Assembly: GCA_963728665.1 (NCBI GenBank)
Contig: CAVSLG010000021.1
Span: 7,158-71,157, forward strand
Reading direction: 5' to 3'
Origin: an uncultured Actinomycetes bacterium
GTDB lineage: Bacteria; Actinomycetota; UBA4738; HRBIN12
Length of the DNA stretch: 64,000 bases
The notes under the pieces were generated by a model. That model searched no databases and was not told where the DNA came from. It worked only from the letters and a program-made list of their open reading frames with translations. Shown here piece after piece: positions 36,779 to 46,440 of this stretch (its first letter is position 1; each line of letters starts with the position of its first letter). A program made the translations under genes and the position numbers.

Positions 36779-37996
36779 TCAGGCGACGACAGCGCGGTCG
36801 GTCGTTCGTGCGCTCCGCCCCAGGTTGGTCGAGATCACGAGCACCAGGCCCGCGGTCGCCACGATCGAACCGGCGATGAACGTGCCGCTCCGGCCGAACC
36901 CGGCAGCGACGAACCCCAGGGTCGCCGGTCCGAGGCCGAACCCGATGTCGAGGAACGCGCTCGTCGTGCCCATCACCGATCCTCGCTCGTTCGATGCGAT
37001 CCCTTCCACCGCCAGCGCGAAGAGCGCGGGGGTGAACAGGGCGATCCCGACGCCCAGGATCGCCGCGCCGGCGACGAGTCCTGCCGGCGTCCGCCATGCG
37101 CCGATCACCGCCAGCCCGGTCGCGGTCAGCACCAGCGCGATACGGGTGCACCGCCCCGGACCCATCCGATCAGGGATACGCGCGCCCACGCTCCGGATCA
37201 CCACGACGATCCCGGAGAACAGCCCGAGCACGAGCCCCGCCCCGCCCATCCCGAGGTCGAGCGCGTACAGCGGCGCGAACGTCAGGAACCCCGCCATCCC
37301 CCAGATCGTGGCGGCCAGCACGAGACCGGGCAGTAGTCCCGCGGGGTGGATCAATCGGTGCCGCTCGGGCGCGTCGCTCTCGGCCGGCGTCATCGAGGGA
37401 AGCAGCAGTGCGAGCCCGACCGCGATGACGGCCAGGACGATCGCGCCGACCCAGACGGCGTTGAAGCCCAGGTGCTCGATCAGGGTCTCGCTGATGAACG
37501 GCCCCGCCCCCAGGCCGATGTACAGCGCGAGCGAGGCGAAGCTGAACGCCTCGCCGCGGCGTTCCGGGGGAGCGAGATCCACGTTCGCGGCGAGCGCGGC
37601 CACGAAGAACAGCGCCTCACCGGCACCGGTCAGCAGCCGCAACGCCACCAGCACCTCGACCGAGGTCGCGATGAGGTAGCCGGCGACCGAGACGGCGAAC
37701 AGCGACGCCCCGGCCACCATCAACACCCGTCGCCCTCGGCGATCGGCGACCCCGCCGGCCCAGGGACGCAGGAAGAAGGCCGACAGGCTGAACGCGCCGA
37801 CGACCAGCCCGATCGCGATGTTCCCTCGGCCGAGGGGCCCCTCGACGTAGCGCGGCAAGGCCGGCAGCAGCATGCCGTCGGCCGTGAAGTAGGCGAGCTC
37901 CGCCAGCGCCACGGTGACGAATGCGCGCGTGAACAGGGTTGGGCGGGCTGCCGATGCCGCCGTCTCGCTCGCTGCGGTACTCACGGTCTGTGCCAT
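36779..37996 (-). CDS. MFS transporter
   Basis: 12 hydrophobic segments and a GGVADRRGRR loop motif. Start at MAQTVST with GGAGG SD. The upstream ORF-track extension was rejected. Confidence 0.8.
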   Translation of the reverse strand: MAQTVSTAASETAASAARPTLFTRAFVTVALAELAYFTADGMLLPALPRYVEGPLGRGNIAIGLVVGAFSLSAFFLRPWAGGVADRRGRRVLMVAGASLFAVSVAGYLIATSVEVLVALRLLTGAGEALFFVAALAANVDLAPPERRGEAFSFASLALYIGLGAGPFISETLIEHLGFNAVWVGAIVLAVIAVGLALLLPSMTPAESDAPERHRLIHPAGLLPGLVLAATIWGMAGFLTFAPLYALDLGMGGAGLVLGLFSGIVVVIRSVGARIPDRMGPGRCTRIALVLTATGLAVIGAWRTPAGLVAGAAILGVGIALFTPALFALAVEGIASNERGSVMGTTSAFLDIGFGLGPATLGFVAAGFGRSGTFIAGSIVATAGLVLVISTNLGRSARTTDRAVVA

Positions 37997-38093
37997 CTCG
38001 GGACCTCCTCGTGGCTTCCGTGTCCCGAGGGTCACGCAGGCTCGCGGGCCGGCGCATCGGTAGGACTGCCCATCTTGGCTCGAAGGGGTCCGG

Positions 38094-39644
38094 GTGCCAT
38101 GCTGGGTCGACGTGCCGGACGCGCTCCGTCTCGCGGACCTGCTCGCTGCCCTCTCCCTCACGACGGACCTGGCGATGGGCCAGCCGCCGGAGAAGGCGAT
38201 CCGCGCATGCGTGCTGGCGACCGAGATGGCCCGGCACCTCGACGCGTCCGACGCGGACGTCGCGTGCGTCTACTACACGACGCTGCTGAAGCACCTCGGC
38301 TGCACGGCCACGTCGCACGAGGAAACCCGGCTCTTCGGTGACGACCTCGCCATGCGTCCGCTGGCCGAGCGGACCGACGACGCCGACCCGCGGGAGCTGC
38401 TCGCGTTCCTGAGTGCCGTCGGCCGCGGCACCGGACTGCAGCGGACGGGGCACGTGATCCGCACCGCCACGGGCCGCGTCGAGACGATGGCGATCTACCG
38501 CGCCGTCTGCGAGGTGGCGACCCAGATGTCCGAGCGGCTGCACCTCGGCGACGACGTCACGCAGGCCCTGTACCAAACGATCGAGCGCTGGGACGGCAAG
38601 GGCGCGCCGCAGGGACTCGCCGGCGAGGACATCGCCTTCGCGGCCCGCGTCGCGGAGCCTGCGACCCAGGCCGTCATCTTCCATCGGCTCGGGGGCGTCG
38701 ACGCGGCGCTCGCCATGGTGGATCGGCGCTCGGGCGGCATGTTCGACCCGGCGGCGGTCGAGGCCTTCCGGGCGATCGGCCCGAAGACGCTTGAGCGTCT
38801 CGACGACGAGGATCCGTGGACGGCGGTGCTCGACGCCGAGCCGACGCCCGTGCGCACGGTGGAAGCCGGCCGGCTCGAGCATGTGGCCGAGGCGTTCGCC
38901 GACATGGTCGACCTCAGGTCCACGGTCACCCTGGGGCATTCCTCGGGCGTCGCGGGGCTCGCGGCCAGCGCGGCCGAACGTCTCGGGCTGCCCGATCCCG
39001 GCTCGGTGCGCCTCGCAGGGCTGTTGCACGATCTGGGTCGTAGCGCGGTCGGCGCCGTCGTCTGGGAGAAGCGTGGACCGCTGAGCACGACCGAGTGGGA
39101 GCGGGTCCGGCTGCACCCCTACCACACCGAACGCATCCTGATGCGCTCGAGCGTGCTCGAGCCGCTCGCCCGCCCGGCCGCGATGCACCACGAGCGTCTG
39201 GACGGCTCGGGCTACCACCGCGGTGCCACGGCCGCGGAGACGCCCCCGGCCGCCCGGGTGATCGCGGTCGCCGACGCGTTCCAGGCGATGACGCAGCGGC
39301 GCCCCTATCGCGCGGCCCTGGATCCCGATCGGGCGGCCGACCTCGTGTCCTCGCAGCTGCTGGAGGGCCGCTTCGACTCCGAATGCGTGGAGGCGGTGCT
39401 CGCCGCGGCCGGACGCTCACGCCCCGTGAGGCGGCACACCTGGCCGGCGGGGTTGTCGGACCGCGAGGTCGAGGTGCTGCGACTGGTGGCGCGTGGCGAG
39501 TCCAACCGTGGGGTCGCCCGGGCGCTCGTGATCTCGCCGCGCACGGCCGAGCACCACGTACAGCACATCTACGGGAAGATCGGCGTCTCGACGCGGGCTG
39601 CCGCGGCGATGTTCGCGATGCAGCACGGCCTGCTCAGGGACTGA
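38094..39644 (+). CDS. LuxR-family transcriptional regulator with tandem HD/HD-GYP-like domains
   Basis: The second domain has HDLGRSAV and HHERLDGSGYHRG (HD-GYP). The C-terminal HTH is LSDREVEVLRLVARGESNRGVARALVISPRTAEHHVQHIYGKIGV. Confidence 0.8.
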   Translation: MPCWVDVPDALRLADLLAALSLTTDLAMGQPPEKAIRACVLATEMARHLDASDADVACVYYTTLLKHLGCTATSHEETRLFGDDLAMRPLAERTDDADPRELLAFLSAVGRGTGLQRTGHVIRTATGRVETMAIYRAVCEVATQMSERLHLGDDVTQALYQTIERWDGKGAPQGLAGEDIAFAARVAEPATQAVIFHRLGGVDAALAMVDRRSGGMFDPAAVEAFRAIGPKTLERLDDEDPWTAVLDAEPTPVRTVEAGRLEHVAEAFADMVDLRSTVTLGHSSGVAGLAASAAERLGLPDPGSVRLAGLLHDLGRSAVGAVVWEKRGPLSTTEWERVRLHPYHTERILMRSSVLEPLARPAAMHHERLDGSGYHRGATAAETPPAARVIAVADAFQAMTQRRPYRAALDPDRAADLVSSQLLEGRFDSECVEAVLAAAGRSRPVRRHTWPAGLSDREVEVLRLVARGESNRGVARALVISPRTAEHHVQHIYGKIGVSTRAAAAMFAMQHGLLRD

Positions 39645-39710
39645 CGGATCCCTCGCCGAGAGCACGTCATCACCTGACTCCCCTGCTGGGTAAGCTCCGC
39701 GAGGGGAGCG

Positions 39711-40553
39711 ATGCCCGTGGACTACGTGGTGCCGGCCGATATCGCCGCCGCCCTCGAGATGCGGGGCGCGGGATACACGGTGCTGGCCGGAGGGACCGAT
39801 CTGTACCCGCAGCACGTCGGTCGTCCGATGCCCCAACGAATGCTCGACATCGGCGGGCTCGAAGAGCTGCGGGGCATCGCCGAGACCGACGACGGCTTCC
39901 GCATCGGGGCCCTCACACGATGGGCCGACGTGGCCACCGCCGCCACGTTGCCGGGATCCTTCGACGGCGTGCGTGCCGCGGCGCTCGAGGTGGGTGCGAC
40001 CCAGGTGCAGAACGCCGGCACGATCGGCGGCAACCTCTGCAACGCGTCGCCGGCCGCCGACGGCGTCCCCGTCTTGCTGACCCTCGATGCATCGGTGGAG
40101 CTGACGTCGGCGACCGGCACTCGATCGCTCCCGCTCGAGGCGTTCCTCACCGGATACCGGCAGACGGCGCTCGGCCCCGACGAGTTGCTGACCGCCGTGG
40201 TCGTCCCTCGCCTCGCCGACGGCGCGCGATCGGCGTTCCTGAAGCTCGGTCTGCGGCGCTACCTGGTGATCTCGGTCGTGATGGTGGCGGTCGTGGTCGT
40301 CCTCGACGCGAGCGGTGCCATCGCCGACGACCGGGTGGCCGTGGGGGCGTGTTCGCCAGTGGCCCGGCGGTTGCGCTCGCTCGAGTCGGAGCTGGTGGGT
40401 CGATCGCCCGACGAGATCGACGCGGCCACGATCGACGGACATCTCGGATCGTTGGTCCCGATCGACGACGTCCGCGCGACCGCCGACTACCGGCGCGCGG
40501 CGGCCTCGGTGCTGGTACGTCGTGCGCTCGCGAGCTGCGGAGGCGACCGGTGA
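39711..40553 (+). CDS. xanthine dehydrogenase-family FAD-binding (medium) subunit
   Basis: LAGGTDL, NAGTIGGNLCNASPAAD and a CoxM/XdhB-like C-terminal CO-dehydrogenase flavoprotein domain. Confidence 0.85.
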   Translation: MPVDYVVPADIAAALEMRGAGYTVLAGGTDLYPQHVGRPMPQRMLDIGGLEELRGIAETDDGFRIGALTRWADVATAATLPGSFDGVRAAALEVGATQVQNAGTIGGNLCNASPAADGVPVLLTLDASVELTSATGTRSLPLEAFLTGYRQTALGPDELLTAVVVPRLADGARSAFLKLGLRRYLVISVVMVAVVVVLDASGAIADDRVAVGACSPVARRLRSLESELVGRSPDEIDAATIDGHLGSLVPIDDVRATADYRRAAASVLVRRALASCGGDR

Positions 40554-43288
40554 GTCGCTGCACGTTCATCGTGAACGGATCGTCGGTGACGCTCGAGCGG
40601 TCCGCGCGGCGCCTGAGCGAGGTGCTGCGCGACGACCTCGGGCTCACCGCCACGAAGGTCGGCTGCGACGCCGGCGATTGCGGCGCGTGCACGGTGCTCG
40701 TCGACGGCGCCCCGGTGAACGCGTGCATGACGTCGATCGGGGGGCTCGAGGGCCGGCGCGTCGACTCGCTCGAGGGCCTCGACGCGACCGGCGAGATCCA
40801 GCGCCTGCAGCGCGCGTTCGATGCCCACGGCGCGGCGCAGTGCGGCATCTGCACGCCCGGCATGCTGGTCGCGTCGGCGGCGCTGCTGCGAGCGACAGCG
40901 AGTCCCACCGAACTGCAGGTGATGGACGCCCTCGGGGGCGTGCTCTGTCGCTGCACCGGCTACCGCAAGATCGTGACGGCCGTCATGGGCGCCCAGGTGG
41001 ACGAGGATCCCGAACCCCCGCCGCCTGCGGTCGGCAAGGCCGTGGGGCAGCGCGTCCGCCGGATCGACGGCGAGCGCAAGGTGCGCGGCACCGACGTCTT
41101 CGGCGCCGACGAGGCCCCCGACGGTGCGCTCACGATCCGCATCGTGCGCTCGCCTCATCACCGGGCCAGCTTCACCCTCGGCGACCTGGCGACCTACGTC
41201 GCCGTCACTCATGGCGTGGAGGCGGTGCTGACCGCGGCCGACGTCGACGGCCGCAACCGCTTCGGCGTGATCCCCGCCACCGCGGACCAGCCTGTGTTCG
41301 CCGAGGAGCAGGTCCGGTTCCGGGGCGAGGCGATCGCGATGGTCGTCGGCGTGGCCCTGCCGATGGCGGCGTTGGACCTGTCCGCGTTCCCGGTGATCTG
41401 GCACGAGCTGCCGCCCATGCTGTCGATCGACGGCGCGCACGCTGCCGACGCGCCCAGGATCCACGACGCACGCGAGGGCAACATCCTCGTGCGCGGCAAC
41501 GTGGAGATGGGCGACCTCGACGACGCGTTCGAGGCGGCGCAGGTCGAGGTCGAGGGTGTGTTCGAGACCGGCTTCATCGAACATGCCTACATCGAGCCCG
41601 AAGCCGGGTACGCCGAGCGCATCGGTGACCGGGTCGAGGTGCAGGTGACGACCCAGTCCCCGCACATGGATCGCATCGAGCTCGAGGCGATCCTGGGATT
41701 GCCCGAGGGAGCGGTCCGCATCAAGCCGACCGCGGTGGGCGGAGGGTTCGGCAGCAAGCTCGATCTCTCGGTGCAGCCGTACCTGGCCATCGCCGCATGG
41801 AAGCTGGGCCGCCCCGTGCGGCTCACGTACACGAGGCCGGAGTCGATGATGTCGACCACGAAGCGGCATCCCTCCCGGTTGCGTGCGCGCATCGGCGCCA
41901 CGCGCGACGGACGTCTGACCGCGATGGACTTCACGGGCGCGTTCGACACCGGGGCGTACGCGTCGTGGGGGCCGACGGTGGCCAACCGAGTGCCCGTGCA
42001 CGCCGGTGGCCCCTACGTCTACGACGCGTACCGTGCGCGAACCGTGGCCGTGCACACGAACGGGCCACCGGCGGGCGCGTTCCGTGGGTTCGGCGTGCCC
42101 CAGTCGACGATCGCGCAGGAGTGCCTCTTCGACGAGCTCGCCGACGCGGTCGGCATGGACCGCCTCGAGTTCCGGTATCGCAACGCGCTCACCGAAGGCG
42201 TGCCGACGGTCACCGGTCAGGTGTTCTCGTCGGGCGTGGGGTATCGCGAGTGCCTCGAGGCCCTGCGGCCGCATCGGGAACGCGCCCTCGCCGATGCGGC
42301 CGAGGCCAACGCCACGCGCTCGACGACCCGCCGCGGCGTCGGACTGGCCGGCATGTGGTACGGCTGCGGCAACACGGCGCTGCCGAATCCCTCGACGATC
42401 GAGGTCGGCCTGCGCAGCGACGGCCGCGTCGCCCTCTTCCAGGGTGCGGTCGACATGGGACAGGGCGCCAACACGGTCATGACGCAGATCTGCGCCGACG
42501 CCCTGGGCGTCGACATGTCGAGCATCGAGACGCTCGGGGCCGACACCGACACCACGCCCGACGCGGGCAAGAGCTCCGCGTCGCGGCAGACGTTCATCTC
42601 CGGCAACGCGACCTTCCTCGCCGCGACGGCCCTCCGCGAGCGGCTGCTGCTGCTCGCCGGCGCGTCCGAGGAGGCCCACCTCGAGCTCGACGGTTCCCTC
42701 CTGGTCGTGCACGATCGCGGCGAGATGACGACCGTGGACCTGGCCTCGTTGAGCGCCGACGGGGACGGCCTGGTGGCGCGCACCAGCGCGACCTACGACC
42801 CGCCCACGACGACCCTCGACGAGCACGGCCAGGGAGATCCGTACGCGCAGTTCGGCTATGGCGCACACCTGGCCGAACTCGACGTCGACCTCGAGCTCGG
42901 CACGGTGCGCCTGCGGCGCATCACGGCCGCGCACGACGTGGGGCGAGCGGTGAACCCGACGCTGGTCGAGGGCCAGATCGAGGGCGGCGTCGCCCAGGGC
43001 ATCGGCATGGCGCTGATGGAGGAGTACATCCCGGGGCGGAACGAGAACCTGCACGACTACCTGATCCCCACGATCGGCGACGTGCCCGAGGTCGTGAGCA
43101 TCCTCGTGGAGTCCGGCGACCCGGCCGGGCCCTACGGTGCCAAGGGCATCGGCGAGCACACGCTGATCCCGACCGCCCCGGCGATCCTGAACGCGATCCG
43201 TGACGCGGTGGGCGCGGGGGTGCGCCGTCTTCCCGCGACGCCCGACCGCGTGCTCGCCGCGATCGCGGCGGGAGGCGTCACGCGATGA
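40550..43288 (+). CDS. fused [2Fe-2S] small subunit plus molybdopterin-binding large subunit of an XDH-family hydroxylase
   Basis: GTGA overlap with the FAD subunit gene. GCDAGDCGACTV and QCGICTPGM are the two 2Fe-2S motifs. Large-subunit motifs follow (GGGFGSK, AFRGFG, KGIGE). Confidence 0.9.
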   Translation: MSRCTFIVNGSSVTLERSARRLSEVLRDDLGLTATKVGCDAGDCGACTVLVDGAPVNACMTSIGGLEGRRVDSLEGLDATGEIQRLQRAFDAHGAAQCGICTPGMLVASAALLRATASPTELQVMDALGGVLCRCTGYRKIVTAVMGAQVDEDPEPPPPAVGKAVGQRVRRIDGERKVRGTDVFGADEAPDGALTIRIVRSPHHRASFTLGDLATYVAVTHGVEAVLTAADVDGRNRFGVIPATADQPVFAEEQVRFRGEAIAMVVGVALPMAALDLSAFPVIWHELPPMLSIDGAHAADAPRIHDAREGNILVRGNVEMGDLDDAFEAAQVEVEGVFETGFIEHAYIEPEAGYAERIGDRVEVQVTTQSPHMDRIELEAILGLPEGAVRIKPTAVGGGFGSKLDLSVQPYLAIAAWKLGRPVRLTYTRPESMMSTTKRHPSRLRARIGATRDGRLTAMDFTGAFDTGAYASWGPTVANRVPVHAGGPYVYDAYRARTVAVHTNGPPAGAFRGFGVPQSTIAQECLFDELADAVGMDRLEFRYRNALTEGVPTVTGQVFSSGVGYRECLEALRPHRERALADAAEANATRSTTRRGVGLAGMWYGCGNTALPNPSTIEVGLRSDGRVALFQGAVDMGQGANTVMTQICADALGVDMSSIETLGADTDTTPDAGKSSASRQTFISGNATFLAATALRERLLLLAGASEEAHLELDGSLLVVHDRGEMTTVDLASLSADGDGLVARTSATYDPPTTTLDEHGQGDPYAQFGYGAHLAELDVDLELGTVRLRRITAAHDVGRAVNPTLVEGQIEGGVAQGIGMALMEEYIPGRNENLHDYLIPTIGDVPEVVSILVESGDPAGPYGAKGIGEHTLIPTAPAILNAIRDAVGAGVRRLPATPDRVLAAIAAGGVTR

Positions 43289-44718
43289 GCGAGCCGGCGT
43301 CCGAGACCGTCGTCTGCGACGCCTGCCCGATCCGGTGTGTGATCAAGCCCGGACGCACGGGCTCGTGCGATCGCTACGGCAACGTCGACGGCGAGCTCGC
43401 GCGCCTCGACCCGCTCCTCGTGCTGGAGCGCACGCAGGAACGGGGTGGCGCGCTGGTGCCGTTCGCGGCACGCGATGACGACTGGGACGGCGAGCTCGTC
43501 GAGACCGCGGACGTGGTGGTGACCGGAGCCGGGTCGGGCACGACGTACCCCGATTACAAGCCGGCGCCGTTCATCGTCTCGTCGACGGTCGCCGGGGTCG
43601 ACACGGTGACGGTGGTGACCGAGGCGATCTTCAGCTACTGCGGCGTGGACGTGAAGATCGACACCGATCGCCACGTGGGCGCGGAGCGACAGCTCGTGCG
43701 TGCCCGCGGCGAGGCCGTGGGTCACGTCACGACCGGCCAGTACGGGTCGCAGATGCTCTCGCTGGGTGGCGTGAACCACCTGACGGGCGGTTCGAAGCGC
43801 GAGGGCGTGGCGACGATGCGCACGCTGCTCTCGCTCTGCAGCCGCGAGCCGGTCGAGTTGACCGTCGACGAGGGCTCGGAACTCGTGCTGCAAGCCGGCG
43901 AGCCGCCGGTGATCAACGGCGTCGTCGAGGAGCGCATGCGGGTGGGATGCGGGTCCGCGACGATCGGCATGTTCGCGCAGCAGTGGTACGAGCACGTCGA
44001 CGAGGTGGTGGTGGTCGACGACCACATCACCGGCGTGCTCTCCGAGCACCAGGCGGGCCGCTATCTCGACATCCCCGCGACCGGCATCAGGGTCAAGGGC
44101 CGCAGGTCGACGCCCGGCCGGTACTTCAACGTGGCCCAGCCGGGCACCGGCTGGGGCGGCACCGACATCGAGGATCCGCTCACGATCCTCGACGGGTTCG
44201 ACCCCGAGGTGGCCCGGCCGGGCCTCGCGGTGCTGATGATCGGCACGACCGGTGAGCACCACGCCTACTTCGTGCTCGACGAGGAACTCCGACCGGTGCC
44301 GGCCTCGCTTCCCGACGACCTGCGCCTGTCGGTCGAGCGCATCAGAGAGAACTGCGAGCCGGCCCTGACCTCGGTGCTGTTCATCGCGGGCGCGGGCGGC
44401 TCGCTGCGGGCCGGCGCCACCGAGAACCCGGTCGCCCTGACCCGCTCGGTGCGTCAGACCCTCACGAGGGTCACCTGCGGCGGCGCGCCCGTCTACGTCT
44501 GGCCGGGCGGAGGCATCACCTTCATGGTCGACGTGACGCTCGTGCCGCCGGGCGCGTTCGGCTACGTGCCGACACCTGCATTGGTCGCGCCGCTCGAGTT
44601 CACGATGCGCCTCGACGCCTACGCGGCGCTCGGCGGGCACATGGACGCGATCGTGCCGATCGACGAGGTGCTCGCACGTCCCGACGTGCGTCGCAGCGGC
44701 GAGCCCGACCCGAGGTGA
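43285..44718 (+). CDS. 6-hydroxynicotinate reductase-like protein (family recalled from gene context)
   Basis: ATGA overlap with the Mo subunit gene. N-terminal Cys cluster CDACPIRCVIKPGRTGSCDRYGN. 477 aa. It sits next to UPF0280, DUF1185 and enamidase-like genes. Confidence 0.55.
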   Translation: MSEPASETVVCDACPIRCVIKPGRTGSCDRYGNVDGELARLDPLLVLERTQERGGALVPFAARDDDWDGELVETADVVVTGAGSGTTYPDYKPAPFIVSSTVAGVDTVTVVTEAIFSYCGVDVKIDTDRHVGAERQLVRARGEAVGHVTTGQYGSQMLSLGGVNHLTGGSKREGVATMRTLLSLCSREPVELTVDEGSELVLQAGEPPVINGVVEERMRVGCGSATIGMFAQQWYEHVDEVVVVDDHITGVLSEHQAGRYLDIPATGIRVKGRRSTPGRYFNVAQPGTGWGGTDIEDPLTILDGFDPEVARPGLAVLMIGTTGEHHAYFVLDEELRPVPASLPDDLRLSVERIRENCEPALTSVLFIAGAGGSLRAGATENPVALTRSVRQTLTRVTCGGAPVYVWPGGGITFMVDVTLVPPGAFGYVPTPALVAPLEFTMRLDAYAALGGHMDAIVPIDEVLARPDVRRSGEPDPR

Positions 44719-45008
44719 CCGGACACGCGATGGATCCTGTGCGCGGGCTCGACGATCTCCGTTCGCTCCTCGACGCGCCGGCTGCCGCCGTGTTGGTCAC
44801 ACACACGAGCGACGGATCCGCCGACGTGTCCCCGGTGTGGCTCCGCTTCACCGGCGAGGCGTTCGAGGTCGTCGTGGCGAGGAGCGACGTCAAGCTGCGA
44901 CACCTGGAGCATGATCCACGCGCCGTGCTCATGGACCTCACCGCGATCCTGCCCGCCGAACCGGAAGGGACGGAAGGACCGACGCGCCCCACGGAGCGCC
45001 AGCCATGA
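44715..45008 (+). CDS. short PPOX/PNPOx-like split-barrel protein (possibly truncated)
   Basis: AAVLVTHTSDGSADVSPVWLRFTGEAFEVVVARSDVKLRHLEHDPRAVL resembles the N-terminal half of the F420/FMN split barrel. Start and stop overlap both neighbours. Confidence 0.45.
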   Translation: MTGHAMDPVRGLDDLRSLLDAPAAAVLVTHTSDGSADVSPVWLRFTGEAFEVVVARSDVKLRHLEHDPRAVLMDLTAILPAEPEGTEGPTRPTERQP

Positions 45009-45862
45009 GCGGTCCGGTCGCGGCGACGACTCCCGACGGGTCGCGGCTGCACCTGCAGCACGGCCCCATCGATCTGATCATCGAGGCCTGGGGCGAGCCG
45101 GACGACGTCGCAGGGGCATACCGGCGGGCGTGGGAGCGCTTCCGGCCGATCCTCGACGAGTTGGTCGCGGAGCTGCCCACGCTGCGTGCACCGCTCGACC
45201 ACGGCGAGCCGACGGGCCGGGTCGCCCGGCGCATGGCGGCGGCCGTGCGTCCGTTCGCCGACCGGTTCATCACGCCGATGGCCGCGGTGGCGGGGGCCGT
45301 CGCCGACGAGATCTGCGCGGCGATGGTCACGGGCGGCGATCTGCGGCGGGCCTACGTGAACGACGGCGGTGACATCGCGTTGCATCTGTCGTTCGGCGAG
45401 TCGCTGGATGTGGGCCTGGTGCCGGTGCTGAACCGGCCGGCCCTGCTCGGCAAGGCCACCGTGCGGCACGACGACCCTGTGCGAGGGGTCGCGACGAGTG
45501 GACGCCACGGGCGGAGCTTCTCCCTCGGCATCGCCGACGCTGTGACGGTGCTGGCTCCCACGGCGGCCCGGGCCGACGCCGCAGCGACCCTGATCGCGAA
45601 CGCGGTCGACCTGCCGGGGCATCGGGCGATCCGGCGCGTGCCCGCGAACGTTCTCGAGCCCGACACCGACCTCGGCTCGCGGCTGGTCACGGCCGAGGTG
45701 GGGGCGCTCACGCACGATGAGGTCGCGAGTGCCCTGAAGGCGGGCGTGGCGCAGGCCGAGCGCATGCGGGCGGACGGCCTGATCGCCGCCGCGGTGCTGT
45801 GCCTCGATGGTCGGCTCGCGACGGTCGCGACGCCCATGCTAGCGTCGGCCGTCGGGGGGTGA
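45005..45862 (+). CDS. UPF0280 family (ApbE-related) protein
   Basis: Length and motifs (LHLQHGPIDLII, TPMAAVAGAVADEI, GGDIALH, ATSG) fit UPF0280. ATGA overlap upstream. Confidence 0.6.
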   Translation: MSGPVAATTPDGSRLHLQHGPIDLIIEAWGEPDDVAGAYRRAWERFRPILDELVAELPTLRAPLDHGEPTGRVARRMAAAVRPFADRFITPMAAVAGAVADEICAAMVTGGDLRRAYVNDGGDIALHLSFGESLDVGLVPVLNRPALLGKATVRHDDPVRGVATSGRHGRSFSLGIADAVTVLAPTAARADAAATLIANAVDLPGHRAIRRVPANVLEPDTDLGSRLVTAEVGALTHDEVASALKAGVAQAERMRADGLIAAAVLCLDGRLATVATPMLASAVGG

Positions 45863-46440
45863 TGGCGACGGACATCCGGAAGGTCGTCACGATCGTCGAG
45901 GACACGCGGAGCGAGGCCGGGCAGGCCGTCGACCCGGTGATCCGCCGCGTCGTCACCGCTGCGGTCCTGCGAAACCCGTTCGCCGGGCGCTACGTCGAGG
46001 ACCTCGGCGAGATGATCGCCGAGAGCGTCCAGCTCTCGGGCATGCTCTCGGTGACCGCGGTCGCGCAGCTGGCCGGCCGGCCGGTGCACAGTTACGGCAA
46101 AGGCGGCATCGCGGGCATGAAGGGCGAGCTCGAGCACGTTGCCGCGTTCCTGCATCCGGAGTTCGGCGCGCCGCTGCGTGACGCGTGCGGCGGCGGCAAG
46201 GCGATCATCCCGTCGTCGAAGAAGCGTGGCGGCCCCGGCGTCACGCTCGACGTGCCGCTCCACTACAAGGACGCCGCGTTCGTGCGGACCCATTTCGACG
46301 CGGTCGAGCTCAGGGTCGTGGACGCGCCGGGTGACGACGAGCTGGTGATCGCGGTGGCCGTGACCGACGGCGGGCGTCCGCTGCCCAGGGTCGGGGGCCT
46401 GCAGGTGTCGGAGATCTCGGGAGACGACGGTCTGCGGTGA
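45862..46440 (+). CDS. amino acid synthesis family protein (DUF1185 / AA_synth)
   Basis: TGATG junction with the preceding gene. MATDIRKVV..VEDTR...NPFAGRYVEDL...YGKGGIAGMKGELEH...KDAAFVRTHFDA is family-like. Confidence 0.65.
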   Translation: MATDIRKVVTIVEDTRSEAGQAVDPVIRRVVTAAVLRNPFAGRYVEDLGEMIAESVQLSGMLSVTAVAQLAGRPVHSYGKGGIAGMKGELEHVAAFLHPEFGAPLRDACGGGKAIIPSSKKRGGPGVTLDVPLHYKDAAFVRTHFDAVELRVVDAPGDDELVIAVAVTDGGRPLPRVGGLQVSEISGDDGLR

